Assembly (NCBI GenBank): GCA_951406725.2
Contig: OX597836.1
Coordinates: forward strand, 40,486,001-40,550,000
Length of the DNA: 64,000 bases
DNA from: Octopus vulgaris
Taxonomy: Eukaryota
Direction of reading: 5' to 3'
The first letter of the stretch is position 1. Every line of letters begins with the position of its first letter. Shown piece by piece: positions 24,878-37,857 of this stretch. The position numbers and the translations under genes are program-made. The notes beneath the pieces were generated by a model. It had not been told where the DNA came from. It saw nothing but the letters and a program-made list of their open reading frames with translations, and did no database searches.

Positions 24878-25372
24878 TGAATGTGTGTGTGTGTGTGCAT
24901 ATTATATCTACACATACAGACATAGATGTATGTATATGTATTTGTGCGGCCATGAAGGATTATAGTCGAACAAAACGACCCTAGGACATTTTTTAAACCG
25001 AGTATTTATTCTATCGGCAAAATAGACTAGGCTTGTTCGACTACAATCCTTCAAGGTGGTGCTCCAGTATGTCAGCAGTAAAATTACTGAAACAAGTTAA
25101 AGATAAAAGATAAAAGCTATATATATATATACGTATATATACATACAAACACACACACACACACATACAAGCATATATGTGTACTTGCGTACAAAGAGTG
25201 CTCAATAAATCATTGAGTAAGTATAGGTTAAGGGTCTGAACGGGCTTTACTCAGGGTTACATAGTAGATACGATGGCACGTGCCTAAAATTTCGGACGGC
25301 TATAGCGAGCTCTGTGCTGCGTTCAACTTAAAATGCAGTTTCTTATTTGTCCTTACTGAAATAAGTACCGGT

Positions 25373-25422
25373 CCTTACTGATGAGTCAACGGAAATTGCC
25401 GAAACTGACTGTCAGTATAAGG
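25373..25422 (+). ncRNA. Type I hammerhead ribozyme, canonical core
   Basis: CCTTA-CTGATGA-GTCAA cggaaa TTGCC-GAAA-CTGAC t GTCAG-TA-TAAGG; all core nucleotides present, GUA site, predicted cleavage after 25417. Confidence 0.85.
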
Positions 25423-25789
25423 GATTCTCGAACGGTGATTTTGAACGATTGCGTTCCCTATCGGTATATATGTGTACATATATATGCTTTGATTACAGCA
25501 TTAGAGCAATTTAGCTCTTATTTCTAGCAATCATGGTGCTTCTAGCACCCTAGTCACATTTAGTGAAGAGACGATTATATATATATGTAATCGTCTCGTC
25601 ACTTAATGTGACTATATATGTGTATATATACATACATATATATATATATGTGTGTGTATGTGTGTGTGTGTGTATGCATGTATGTATGTATATATATATA
25701 TATACATAATATATAAATGCATACATCTATATACATATACATATATATGTATATATACACACATATACATATATATATGTATACATATA

Positions 25790-25874
<85 letters not shown>

Positions 25875-25894
25875 ATATGTATGTAAGTATATAT

Positions 25895-26228
25895 GTCTGA
25901 GACCCCCTTCGGTCACGACACAGACCATGGGATTGCACCTAGAAAGTTACCCTTCCAGTCAAATGTCCGGGCAAGGTTGTTTATGGAAGACCAGCAGTAA
26001 CCCATGCATACCGGCCTCCTCTCTCCATACCACCAAGGGAAAGGCAAAGGCCGATACAGCTTGGCACATGTGACATCACAAATCATTTCTACAGCTAAGT
26101 GAACTGGAGCAACTTGAAATAAAGTGTCCTGCTCAAGAACACAACATGCAGCCCCGGTCCAGGATTCGAGCTCACAACCTCACGATCGTAAGCTCGACGC
26201 TCTTACCACTGAGCTATGCGCCTTCACC
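25895..26228 (-). mobile_element. SINE family E (D-like head and core, different tail)
   Basis: Head GTGAAGGCGCATAGCTCAGTGGTAAGAGCG; homologous to 29652-30010. Confidence 0.75.
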
Positions 26229-26442
26229 ATGTATATATATACATATGCACATATACATACACGCTACACGCCTTCCTTCAAAGCACTGCTGTAAACAGCG
26301 GAAGTGAACTAGAACATTAAGACTTAGTACGCATGCACAGCAGAGTTCATGGTCAATCTTTATCAAGTGACTTCATTCTGCGTGCCTTAGCTTCGTTAGT
26401 ATGGCAACAGTACGGATACTTGTTCATCAGACTGCGTGTATG

Positions 26443-26483
<41 letters not shown>

Positions 26484-26680
26484 ATCGTTGGCGATACTTT
26501 TTTCCTCTGTTTTCCCTTCTCTGGATCTTTCCTTTTCCTATGTTTCCGACGAAGAGCTCCGCTCGAAACGTTAAACCCCCCTTCTTTCCTTCTTTCCTGA
26601 GCGTCCAATAATACTATATTTGTTCCACGTCCTCGCGTTGTTGTGGTTTTTTTTGTGTTTTCTTGTTTGGATTAACTATA
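26484..26680 (+). mobile_element. Short hammerhead-bearing element (motif 26542-26576) between microsatellites
   Basis: gttt-CCGACGA-A-GAGC tcc GCTC-GAAA-CG-TT-aaac; paralog at 30620-30810. Confidence 0.65.
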
Positions 26681-26716
26681 TATATATATATGTATGTATC
26701 TATGTATGTATCTATG

Positions 26717-26762
<46 letters not shown>

Positions 26763-26800
26763 TGTATGTATGTATGTATGAATATATGTATACGTATATA

Positions 26801-26844
<44 letters not shown>

Positions 26845-26898
26845 ATATATATTTATATATATGTATATATATATGTATATATATTATATATATATATA

Positions 26899-26966
<68 letters not shown>

Positions 26967-27226
26967 GTATATATATATACTCACATACATACATATAAAT
27001 GCATATATATTGTAATCAGACGGCGGGGATGTATATGATATGAGAACATGCCTTTCACTAAGATGATATCAGGAGATTCGTGTAGTTTCTGGTGCTATCT
27101 GATTAGCCAATCGTGATAATTCAAATAGCAATAAGACGCATTCAGCAGAATATGCGTGTATGTGTTTGGGAGCGCGTATGTGAGTATATGTGAGTGTGTC
27201 TTTGTGTCTGTGCTTGTTGTGCGTGT

Positions 27227-27282
<56 letters not shown>

Positions 27283-27441
27283 CTACGATTTTCTGAGATG
27301 ACAAGAGTAGTGATATAAACTGAACTTGTAAGACAATAACCACCAGGTATCCATCCGCAACATCGGTTTTTCTCCTTTTTCAAAATGCGGATTAACTGGT
27401 TGGTACATCTATATATATACATACATACATATAATACATTA

Positions 27442-27501
<60 letters not shown>

Positions 27502-27600
27502 ATGTATATATGTATGTATGCATGTATGTATATATATATATTACATACATACATAGATATACATATATATATATATATATATATACATACATTGATATAC

Positions 27601-27643
<43 letters not shown>

Positions 27644-27825
27644 TACATACATATATATACATATATATAGATTTTATATATACACATATATATATGTATG
27701 TATATGTATGTATATATATATACATATACATACATATATATATATGTATGTATATATATATATATATACATACATATATATATACGTATATATATACATA
27801 CATAGATATACATATATATGGATTT

Positions 27826-27877
<52 letters not shown>

Positions 27878-27918
27878 CAGACATATACATACATATATAT
27901 ATATGTATATATATATAC

Positions 27919-27961
<43 letters not shown>

Positions 27962-27985
27962 TATATATATATATATATATATATG
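26680..27985. repeat. (TA)n/(TATG)n/(TG)n microsatellite field
   Basis: Seen directly; contains short unique islands. Confidence 0.85.
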
Positions 27986-28219
27986 AATACATACAGTGAC
28001 AGATGCATGCATAGACATACGTACACCGTTCTTCTATACGCTAACACCAAGATACAAGGTGTTTCCATCTTTTGTTTTGCTTCTTGTTCGGCGTAGGCGT
28101 TCAATCCTACCGAAGATCTACATTAAATGTCTTACTATATGCTGTGCAATCGTCTACCTGTGCGTGTACGCGTGTACGCGTGTGTACGCGTGTACGTGCG
28201 TGTTAGCATGTGTGTCTAC

Positions 28220-28261
<42 letters not shown>

Positions 28262-28388
28262 AGGGGAGATCTATATACAGTGTAATCATCTGAATCTGAA
28301 GTTTAAGGAGATCACCAAAAGATAACCGTCATCAAAACACTTAATGAGGCAATACAATAGTACGTTGATTAATTCGTATATATATAAA

Positions 28389-28784
28389 CTAGCAGTATCG
28401 CCCGGCGTTGCTCGGGTTTGTAAGGGAAATAACTATATAAGCATTTTTAGAGAGTTATAGCCAAACAATAGCAAAAATTGCATTAAAAATGGAAAAAAAA
28501 TTATGGTAAATTTTTTTTTAAATCGTTGACTCATCGTAGACATTTTTAGAGAGTTACTTCCCTTATATAATAGCGAAAAAATGCATTAAAATGGAAAAAG
28601 ATGATGGTAATTTTTTTTTTAAATCGTAGACTCATCGTAGACGCGCGCTAATACCCAGAAGGGCTCGATATGAATCACGACTATAAGATACCCGGTTTTG
28701 GTTAAACTGCATCGCAAAATGTGGGAGTAGTTAGGAATCTAAATTGGAGTAGACAACACACAACCTTTCTTTTATATATAAAGA
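28389..28784 (-). mobile_element. Non-autonomous Helitron, full-length
   Basis: Minus strand A|TCTTTATATATAAAA ... CCCGAGCAACGCCGGG-CGATACTG-CTAG|T: 5' TC, subterminal hairpin, 3' CTAG, A/T target, no TSD. Confidence 0.8.
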
Positions 28785-28859
28785 TATAAACGAAGCGTCT
28801 AGCACTGTACAAAGCCCTATAAACCGATAGATATATCGGTTTGTGCTCAGGAAGATGTC

Positions 28860-29083
28860 TCTTTTACTCTTTTTTACTCTTTTACTTGTTTCAGTCATTT
28901 GACTGTGGTCATGCTGGCTGGAGCACCGCCTTTAGTCGAGCGAATCGACCCCCAGGACGTATTCTTTGTAAGCCTGGTACTCATTCTATCGGTCTCTTTT
29001 GCCGAACCGCTAAGTTACGGGGACGTGAACACACCAGCAATCGGTTGTCAAGTGATGTTGGGGGCAGAGACACAGACACACAA

Positions 29084-29159
<76 letters not shown>

Positions 29160-29306
29160 GTGACTTGGTCGCTTAGCCAGCGGGGTGGCGTCATTTGAAG
29201 GCTAAAACAATGCGAGGCGCATTGTGACCAGCGATGTGTAACAACATCTGATAGCCTGGTTGGTCATGTGATCATGTGATATATATATATATACACACAC
29301 ACATAT

Positions 29307-29345
<39 letters not shown>

Positions 29346-29520
29346 TATACATATATACGACGGGCTCATTTCAGTTTCCGTCTACCAAATCCACTCACAA
29401 GGATTGGTCAGTCCGAGGTTATAGTTGAAGACACTTGCCCAAGGTGCCACGCAATAGGACTGAACCCGGAACCATGTGGTTCGAAAGCAAGCTACTTACC
29501 ACACAGCCACTCCTACGCCC
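28860..29520 (-). mobile_element. SINE family C with a family A tail fragment (29165-29280, +) inserted in its internal microsatellite
   Basis: Both halves of family C are present around the insert. Confidence 0.85.
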
Positions 29521-29651
29521 ATAGCCACAACTTTTTAATGCTCTTCTTCAGTCCTTGAAGATAATTCTATATATATATATATCTACCGGTTTAAAACCCT
29601 TTGTACAATGTTAATCAACCCGTATATAAATTTATCTATGTGTATGTATCT

Positions 29652-30009
29652 GTGAAGACGTGTGGCTTACCGGTTAGAGCGTCGGGCTCCCAATCCTGAG
29701 GTAGTAAGTTCAATTTCCGGCTCAGGCTGTGTGATGCATTGGGTTCTTTGAGCAAGACACTATATTTCACGTAACTCTACTTGACTAAGCTGTAAAAATC
29801 AGTTGCGATGTCACTGGGGCCAAGTTGTATCGTCCTTTGCCACCACCACCACCACCACCATTATCTTTGTGATTATCATCTCCTTGGACAACATTGGTAG
29901 CATGGAGAGAAGAGGCTGGTATGCATGGGTGACTGCTGGTCTTCCATAAACAACATTTCCCGAACTTGTGCATCGGATGGTAACTTTCTAGGCACAAGCC
30001 CAATGGTGT

Positions 30010-30010
<1 letters not shown>
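29652..30010 (+). mobile_element. SINE family E, diverged
   Basis: Homologous to 25895-26228. Confidence 0.7.
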
Positions 30011-30064
<54 letters not shown>

Positions 30065-30068
<4 letters not shown>

Positions 30069-30308
30069 GAAATATGTTACGAAAAGAAAATATAAAATAC
30101 ACGTGGAAATGTAAGGGTAAAATATGAAAAATCAACGAAAATGCATATTGCAAATAGAAAAAGGCTATTTATGACAGGTAGTGACAAATATATACATTTA
30201 GATTGACTGAAGTAGTAATACGAGTCATAAAGGTCATTATTATGAGATGATTATAAGATGATAATAAAGTAAGAGAACAAAACGAACCAGTGGTTTACGC
30301 GAAGGCTA
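30065..30308. repeat. ~245 bp interspersed repeat between (TA)n tracts; near-identical copy at 36950-37245
   Basis: TAGTAGAAATATGTTACGAA...GGTTTACGCGAAGGCTA at both sites. Confidence 0.85.
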
Positions 30309-30619
30309 TATATATATATATATATATATAATTATTCTAACAAATATATACGTTTTTATTATTATTTTGCAATTTACTTAATCATCGGTATATTTTTATT
30401 TTTATTTTAATATTTATATTATATGTAATTTTCTAGATGGTGTAATTTAATTGTTCATTTTGAATTGATAAAAGGTGTTTTTCTAATTTATATATATATA
30501 TTATATTTTGTGAAATTTGATTTAGTATTTCTAAATTGAATTTTTCCCTGTAAGTTAGGAATAATATTCCCTCAAATAATTATTATATATACATATATAA
30601 AATGTGAGCGCGTGTGTAC

Positions 30620-30810
30620 CGTTGGCGATTTTTTTCCTCCGTCTCCCCTTCTCTGGATTTTTCCTTCTCCTATGTTTCCCACGAAGAGCTCTGCTCGAAA
30701 CGTTAAACCCTCCTTCTTTCCTCCTTTCCTGAGCGTCCAATAATACTATATTTGTTCCATGTCCTCGCGTTGTTGTGTTTTTTCGTGCTTTCTTGTTTGG
30801 ATTAACTATA
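30620..30810 (+). mobile_element. Short hammerhead-like element (motif 30674-30708, degenerate core)
   Basis: Paralog of 26484-26680; core reads CCCACGA. Confidence 0.6.
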
Positions 30811-31053
30811 TATATATATAGTTAATATTTATAGAAAAATAAAAGTCACTACAAGTCATCTGATAGTCAATCAAAATTATTGAATTCCAAGATTTATTTA
30901 TGTTTAACAACTGAATGGATTTAATAAAGGCATCTAAATATGAAACATCATGAAGATTATTTTGAGCGACTCATTTTCCATTCGAGTCAATACAGAATTA
31001 CTGATAGTATTTATAGAATTTTGATTTACTGTAGAGTGACTTTTGGCCAACCT

Positions 31054-31133
<80 letters not shown>

Positions 31134-31570
31134 TATTCTTTTATTCTTTTACTTGTTTCAGTCATTTGACTGCGGCCATGCTGGAGCACTACCTTTAGTC
31201 GAGCAAATCGACCCCAGGATTTATTCTTTGTTAGTCAAGTACTTATTCTATCAGTCACTTTTGCCGAACCGCTAAGTTACGGGGTCGTGTTTGTATGTAT
31301 ACAACGTGTTTTTATGTATACAATGTATATATATATATATATAATATTATATGTGTGTATGTGTGTATGTGTGTATGTTTGTGTGTGCTTGTGCGTGTAT
31401 AATAGCAAAGGCTTGATTTACTAGACTTATATATTAAATTAACGCTACAACTTGTATTGAGTTCTACTTCTCCTGTATATTACCACTCACTTGTGAACAT
31501 TTATCCACAAACACACACTCACTCAAACACTCATACATACACGCATATGCATATCATACATATATATAAG

Positions 31571-31648
<78 letters not shown>

Positions 31649-31834
31649 GTATATAAAATTAGAAAAAAACCACCTTTTATCAATTCAAAATGAACAATTA
31701 AATTACACCATCTTTGCATTGATAAAAGGTGTTTTTTTCTAATTTTTTATATTATATTGTGTGAAATTTGATTTAGTATTTCTAAATTGAATTTTTTCCT
31801 TGTAAGTTTGGATTTTATTCCCTCAAATAATAAT

Positions 31835-31883
<49 letters not shown>

Positions 31884-32163
31884 TGCGTGCGTGTGTGTAA
31901 GTGTGTGTGTGTCTGTAGGATATTTACTCTTAGCCGACATGACTTTAGTGTGAAATTATAGTCACCTTATAGTGTGACATTAATTCTGAAACCTGTCACC
32001 CGAAGCCCTGTATCGTTATCACAGTATAACAGATGAGTAACCGAGAAAGGTTATGAGAATTCTGATTCTAGAGTGTCACTGGAGCGATGATGGAAAGATA
32101 TGCAGCGATATCCATTTGGGAGATACTAAATGGGCGAAAACAGAATCCTAGCACCGACAGTTA

Positions 32164-32977
32164 TACCTATTTCTTTATTACCCACAAGGGGCTAAACACA
32201 GAGGGGACAAACAAGGACAGACATAGATATGAAGTCGATTACATCGACCCCAGTGCGTAACTGGTACTTAATTTATCGACCCCGAAAGGATGAAAGGCAA
32301 AGTCGACCTCGGCGGAATTTGAACTCACAACGTAACGCAGACGAAATACCTATTTCTTTATTTCCCACAAGGGGCTAAACACAGAGGGGACAAACAAGGA
32401 CAGACATAGGTATTAAGTCGATTACATCGACCCCAGTGCGTAACTGGTACTTAATTTATCGACCCCGAAAGGATGAAAGGCAAAGTCGACCGCGGCGGAA
32501 TTTGAACTCACAACGTAACGCAGACGAAATACCTATTTCTTTATTTCCCACAAGGGGCTAAACACAGAGGGGACAAACAAGGACAGACATAGGTATTAAG
32601 TCGATTACATCGACCCCAGTGCGTAACTGGTACTTAATTTATCGATCCCGAAAGGATGAAAGGCAAAGTCGACCTCGGCGGAATTTGAACTCACAACGTA
32701 ACGCAGACGAAATACCGCTAAGCATTTCGCCCGGCGTGCTAACGTTTCTGCCAGCTCGCTTTATTACCCACAAGGGGCTAAACACAGAGGGGACAAACAA
32801 GGACAGACATAGGTATTAAGTCGATTACATCGACCCTAGTGCGTAACTGGTACTTAATTTATCGACCCCGAAAGGATGAAAGGCAAAGTCGACCTCGGCG
32901 GAATTTGAACTCACAACGTAACGCAGACGAAATACCGCTAAGCATTTCGCCCGGCGTGCTAACGTTTCTGCCAGCTC
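32164..32977 (-). mobile_element. SINE family B tandem array, 4 units (2 with head, 2 head-less; 183 bp period)
   Basis: TACCTATTTC at 32164, 32347 and 32530; units nearly identical. Confidence 0.9.
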
Positions 32978-33299
32978 CCTAACTGACCAGATCCAGCAAA
33001 AGCTTAATGGTTCCCATCGCTTTACAGTATTCTGCCGAAATTTTCGAGCAATATCCATGGAGAGGGATCTACATAGATTCAAAAATTATCTGAACGTTTT
33101 ACTTATTGAGGTCGCAGATGTAACTACGTTGAAGTGGGTACCAGTGTATTATTAACATATTCAGCAGAACTCTGTCCTGAAAAGTGGGTCGAAGGTAAAG
33201 TAATGGCTGTAATGATGGCCAGAGCTAACAAACAACCGTTATTCGCAAGCGAGCGTCACGCTTTTGATTTACTGTAGGGTGACTTTTGGCCAACCTTGA

Positions 33300-33330
<31 letters not shown>

Positions 33331-33344
33331 CACAAATATATACG

Positions 33345-33442
<98 letters not shown>

Positions 33443-34009
33443 CATTCTTTTATTCTTTTACTTGTTTCAGCCATTTGACTGAGGCCATGCTGGAGCACCA
33501 CCTTTAGTCGAGCAAATTGACCTCAGGAATTATTCTTTGTAAGCCTAGTACTTATTCTGCCTGTCTCCTTTGCCGAACCGCTAAGTTACGGGGACGTGTT
33601 TGTATGTATACAACGTGTATAATGTTTAATGGCATTTCGTCTGTCTTTACGTTCTTATTTCAAATTCTGCCGAGGCTTTCGTTGCCTTTCATCCTTTCAG
33701 GGTTGTTGAAATAAGTACCAGTTGAGTACTAGGGTCGGTTTAGTCGACTTAGCTCCCACCTTACCCCGAAATTACATTCTGAGTTCAATTCCGCCGAGCA
33801 CAACAGGATGATTCTCATTAAAATTAGAGCAACGTGGAGTGAAATGATTTACTCAAAGTCATAACGCGATGCCCAAGTGAGAAACCGAACGCATGACTTC
33901 GCGATTGTGATTCGAATAACCCGAACCACTAGGCCACACGCCTTTACCAGTAAAATAATAAAATACTGCACGCGCGTGTGCGTATGCAAGTGGGTGTATG
34001 TGTATAAAT

Positions 34010-34285
34010 GCAAGTGACCTAGTGGTCAGGCTTGATCGTGGGTTCAATTCCTGGACCGAGCAGCGAGTTATATTCTTCAGCAAGACTTTATTTCACGTTG
34101 CTCTAGTCCATTCAGTTGGAAATGAGTAACCCCGTGACTGAATAGCTTTTCGATCAGGTGGGTTTCAGGGGATGTTGGCCTTCTAACCTAGCCAGTGGGG
34201 TGGCATCATTCAAAACCTAAAACTATGCAGAGCACATTATGACCCGCGTCGTATAACAACATCTTATAGTCAGATCTATCACGTT
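34010..34285 (+). mobile_element. Chimeric SINE: D-like head and core with family A tail, diverged
   Basis: GGTTCAATTCCTGGACCG...CAGCAAGACTTTATTTCACGTTGC then TAGCCAGTGGGGTGGCATCATT...AACATCTTATAGTC. Confidence 0.6.
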
Positions 34286-34474
34286 GTGTGTATATATATA
34301 TATATTAATAGTTATCGCCAAGCTAATATGGCAGTCCAGAAATATAGGACGAATGCTGCCGTTGATTAGCTCCTAGAGGCCATCGCCTCTAGCTAGCTAT
34401 GTGACACACGAACCTGTTTCCATCATAACCTTCCAACAGGGGAGGTCAGCCGCTTCCCCTTGCTGGTCAGGCAC

Positions 34475-34515
34475 CCGCAGACTAGTTTCGGGCTATTTGC
34501 CCCTTATCATTGCAG
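34475..34515 (-). ncRNA. Degenerate minimal type I hammerhead motif in a ~230 bp TA-flanked element
   Basis: ctgca-ATGATAA-G-GGGC aaata GCCC-GAAA-CTAG-TC-tgcgg; stems conserved, core C3 and G8 altered. Confidence 0.5.
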
Positions 34516-34589
34516 AGCAGCCGAACCCAGCAGGCGTCCCTCTCTATATATATATATATATTACGTGTCGCACGAAAGACCATTGTTGA

Positions 34590-34622
<33 letters not shown>

Positions 34623-34633
34623 TTATGTATGTG

Positions 34634-34675
<42 letters not shown>

Positions 34676-34834
34676 AACAATTACATGAATTTCACCAAAA
34701 TTAGCGATCAGAAACTCAAAATATAGAGAAGTACACGGAAGGCCTTTTACCCAGCACAGGGAGAACAATGGTTGATTAAATTGATCGATGAACGCACGTT
34801 CAACAAAAGACTTGAATTAATCACATCAATGCAT

Positions 34835-34947
<113 letters not shown>

Positions 34948-35474
34948 CGGGAAGCTTTATGAAAATAAACAAAAGACGAAGGCAGGTGGAATACAAACAT
35001 ATATATATATTTGTGAGTGAGTGTGTATTATATGTATGTATATTTAACAGAATATGTTATAATGAACTGAAATTAAACAGAGTCAATGTTCGAGACACGT
35101 TAAAAATAAATGGCGACCCTTTTGTTACAGAAAAATTACAGAAAAATATAAATGTGATTTCCTGCTCCCAAAATATACTAAAAACACAACAAAACTACTC
35201 AAAACACGGCGGTGAATGGGTGGATAGGTCTCTGTGATGATTAAATGGTTAACCTAATGCTACAGAATTAACAATTCCTACTTCACAGAACCTGTATTTG
35301 CCAATTTTTCCTGGAATTACGCAGTTATTTTTGCGTCTTCTATCGATTTTTCTCCACCTCTCTCACCCTCTCTCTCTCGTTCTCTTCTATCTCTCTCTCT
35401 GTTAACCAATCAATATATTTCTCTCACTCTTTCCATTTCTTCACTGCAGTCTTCCTATCTATTTCCCTCTCTCA

Positions 35475-35518
<44 letters not shown>

Positions 35519-35695
35519 AAATAGCACCAATCGTATACCCCTCTGTCTATCTACCAGTTCATGCTCTCTTCCCCATGCTGTCTCAGTCACCATATTCTAG
35601 CTGCCTTTCTCTCCCGTTCTTTTGCTTCACATCTCCCTATCTCTCTCTATATATATCCATCAATAAAAATTTATATACTCTCTTTTCTCTCTCTG

Positions 35696-36056
35696 ACTTG
35701 TTTCAGTCATTTGACTGCGGCCATGCTGGAGCACCGCCTTTAGTCGAGCAAATCGACCCCGGGACTTATTCTTTGTAAGCCCAGTACTTATTCTATCGGT
35801 CTCTTTTGCCGAACCGCTAAGTGACGGGGACGTAAACACACCAGCATCGGTTGTCAAGCAACGCTAGGGGGACAAACAGACACACAAACACACACACATA
35901 CATATATATATATGCATATATACGACAGGCTTCTTTCAGTTTCCGTCTACCAAATCCATTCACAAGGCATTGGTCGGCCCGGGGCTATAGCAGAAGACAC
36001 TTGCTCAAGATGCCACGCAGTGGGACTGAACCCGGAACCATGTGGTTGGTTAGCAA
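35696..36056 (-). mobile_element. SINE family C
   Basis: Matches the family; extreme 5' end missing. Confidence 0.85.
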
Positions 36057-36097
36057 TGAGTGTGAATGAATGTATGGATGCATGTATCAATGTTTGA

Positions 36098-36585
36098 AGG
36101 CGTGGCGGTGTGGTGAGAAGCTTGCTTCCTAACCGCATGCTTCCGGGTTCAGTCCGACTGCGTGGTCCAAAGAAAGTGCATTGGTGCATGATTACGTGAA
36201 CTGGAGAGTTTTGAGCTGAGATTTGAGCCTTGTTATATTCTGGTTCCGAGTTCAGTCCCCATGCGTGGCACCTTGAGCAAGTGTCTTCTACTGTAACCTC
36301 GGGCCGACCAAAGCCTTGTGAGTGGATCTTGTAGACGGAAACTGAAAGAAGTTCGTCATATATGTGTGCGTGTGTCTTTGTCCTCCTACCATCGCTTGAC
36401 AACCGATGTTGGTATGTTTACGTCCCTGTAACTTAGTGGTTCGGCAAAAACAGCCCGATAGAATAAGTACTAGGCTTACAAAGAATAAGTCCTGGGATCG
36501 ATTTCTTCGACTAAAAAATCCTTTCTTTAAGGCGGTGCTCCAATACGGCCGCAGTTAACTGACTGAAAGAATTAAAAGAATAAAA
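36098..36585 (+). mobile_element. SINE family C, diverged, with an interrupted or duplicated head
   Basis: Head at 36098-36165, second partial head at 36241, then body and tail. Confidence 0.8.
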
Positions 36586-36609
36586 TACACACACACATAT
36601 ACTTATATA

Positions 36610-36657
<48 letters not shown>

Positions 36658-36754
36658 GGCAAATTCCAGAAACAAGTTAATTGGACGTACACAGTGAATA
36701 TGTTAGATTGACACTCGGTAAAAGTTTTTGATAGAAAAATAGGAGTAAAAAATA

Positions 36755-36786
36755 TGATCGTTTCGAGCATGGCTCTTCGTCGGGTA
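36755..36786 (-). ncRNA. Degenerate hammerhead-like motif in a short TA-flanked element
   Basis: CCGACGA-A-GAGC cat GCTC-GAAA-CG; cleavage triplet altered. Confidence 0.4.
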
Positions 36787-36915
36787 GAAGGAAAAAGTTC
36801 AGAGAAGGAAAAATGAGGAGGGACCGGATAGTCCGGAGAAAAGTTCGTGTGTTTTTATATGACCAAAAATTAACCGACCAGTAGTTAGAAAGAGAAAGAA
36901 AAGGTGGTTTTTGAA

Positions 36916-36954
<39 letters not shown>

Positions 36955-37243
36955 GAAATATGTTACGAAGAGAAAATATAAAATACACGTTGAAATGTAA
37001 GGGTAAAATATGAAAAATCAACGAAAATGCATATTGCAAATAGAAAAAGGCTATTTATGACAGGTAGTGACAAATATATACATTTAGATTGACTGAGTTA
37101 GTAATACGAGTCATAAAGGTCATTATTATGAGATGATTATAAGATGATAATAAAGTAAGAGAACAAAACGAACCAGTGGTTTACGCGAAGGCTATTCATC
37201 GTTTGAACAACATCGGTTAATATACGGTGTCAGGTCTAATAGT

Positions 37244-37307
<64 letters not shown>

Positions 37308-37310
<3 letters not shown>

Positions 37311-37570
37311 TCATCCATTCTCTTGAAATGCCCCAGCCACCTCAGTCTTCTCATACACAAGATAGCTGTCATGCTTTGAAAATTCGCCTGCGCCAGAACT
37401 TCAACATTGGTGACCTTGTCGAGCCATGTTAGGCCTAAGATCCTGCGGAGGCATCTGAGATGGAAAATGCCGGGGCACCTTTCCTGTCTGCTGTACAAGG
37501 TTCACGTTGCAGATCCATAGAGGCGTGTGCTGAACACATGCTTCATAAATCTTGATCTTTGTCTTGATTA
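37308..37570 (-). pseudogene. RTE (BovB-like) LINE ORF fragment
   Basis: TKIKIYEACV..; FHLRCLRRILGLTWLDKVTNVEVLAQANFQSMTAILCMRRLRWLGHFKRMDD. Confidence 0.85.
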
Positions 37571-37627
37571 GACATCAAGATGAATAGATAGATATAGATA
37601 TAGATATAGATATAGATATTTATATAT

Positions 37628-37857
37628 CCTTTTCTACTCTAGGCACAAGGCCCGAAATTTTGGGGAAGAGGGCTAGTCGATTAGATCGAACCCATTTTTG
37701 ACCCCCGAAAGGATGAAAAGCAAAGTCGACTTCGGCGGAATTTGAAATATATATTTAAATTTCGTTACTGCCCACAAGGGGGCTAAACATAGAGGGGACG
37801 AACAAGGAGAGACAGAGGGTTTAAGTCGATTACATCGACCCCAGTGCGGAATTTGAA
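37628..37857 (-). mobile_element. Rearranged SINE family B pieces with two tail types
   Basis: Family B motifs separated by a duplicated GCGGAATTTGAAATA. Confidence 0.65.

Noticed and set aside
32025-32075. Hammerhead-like CAGATGA-GTAACC..GGTTAT-GAGA
   Set aside because: Two core changes, and stem I does not pair.
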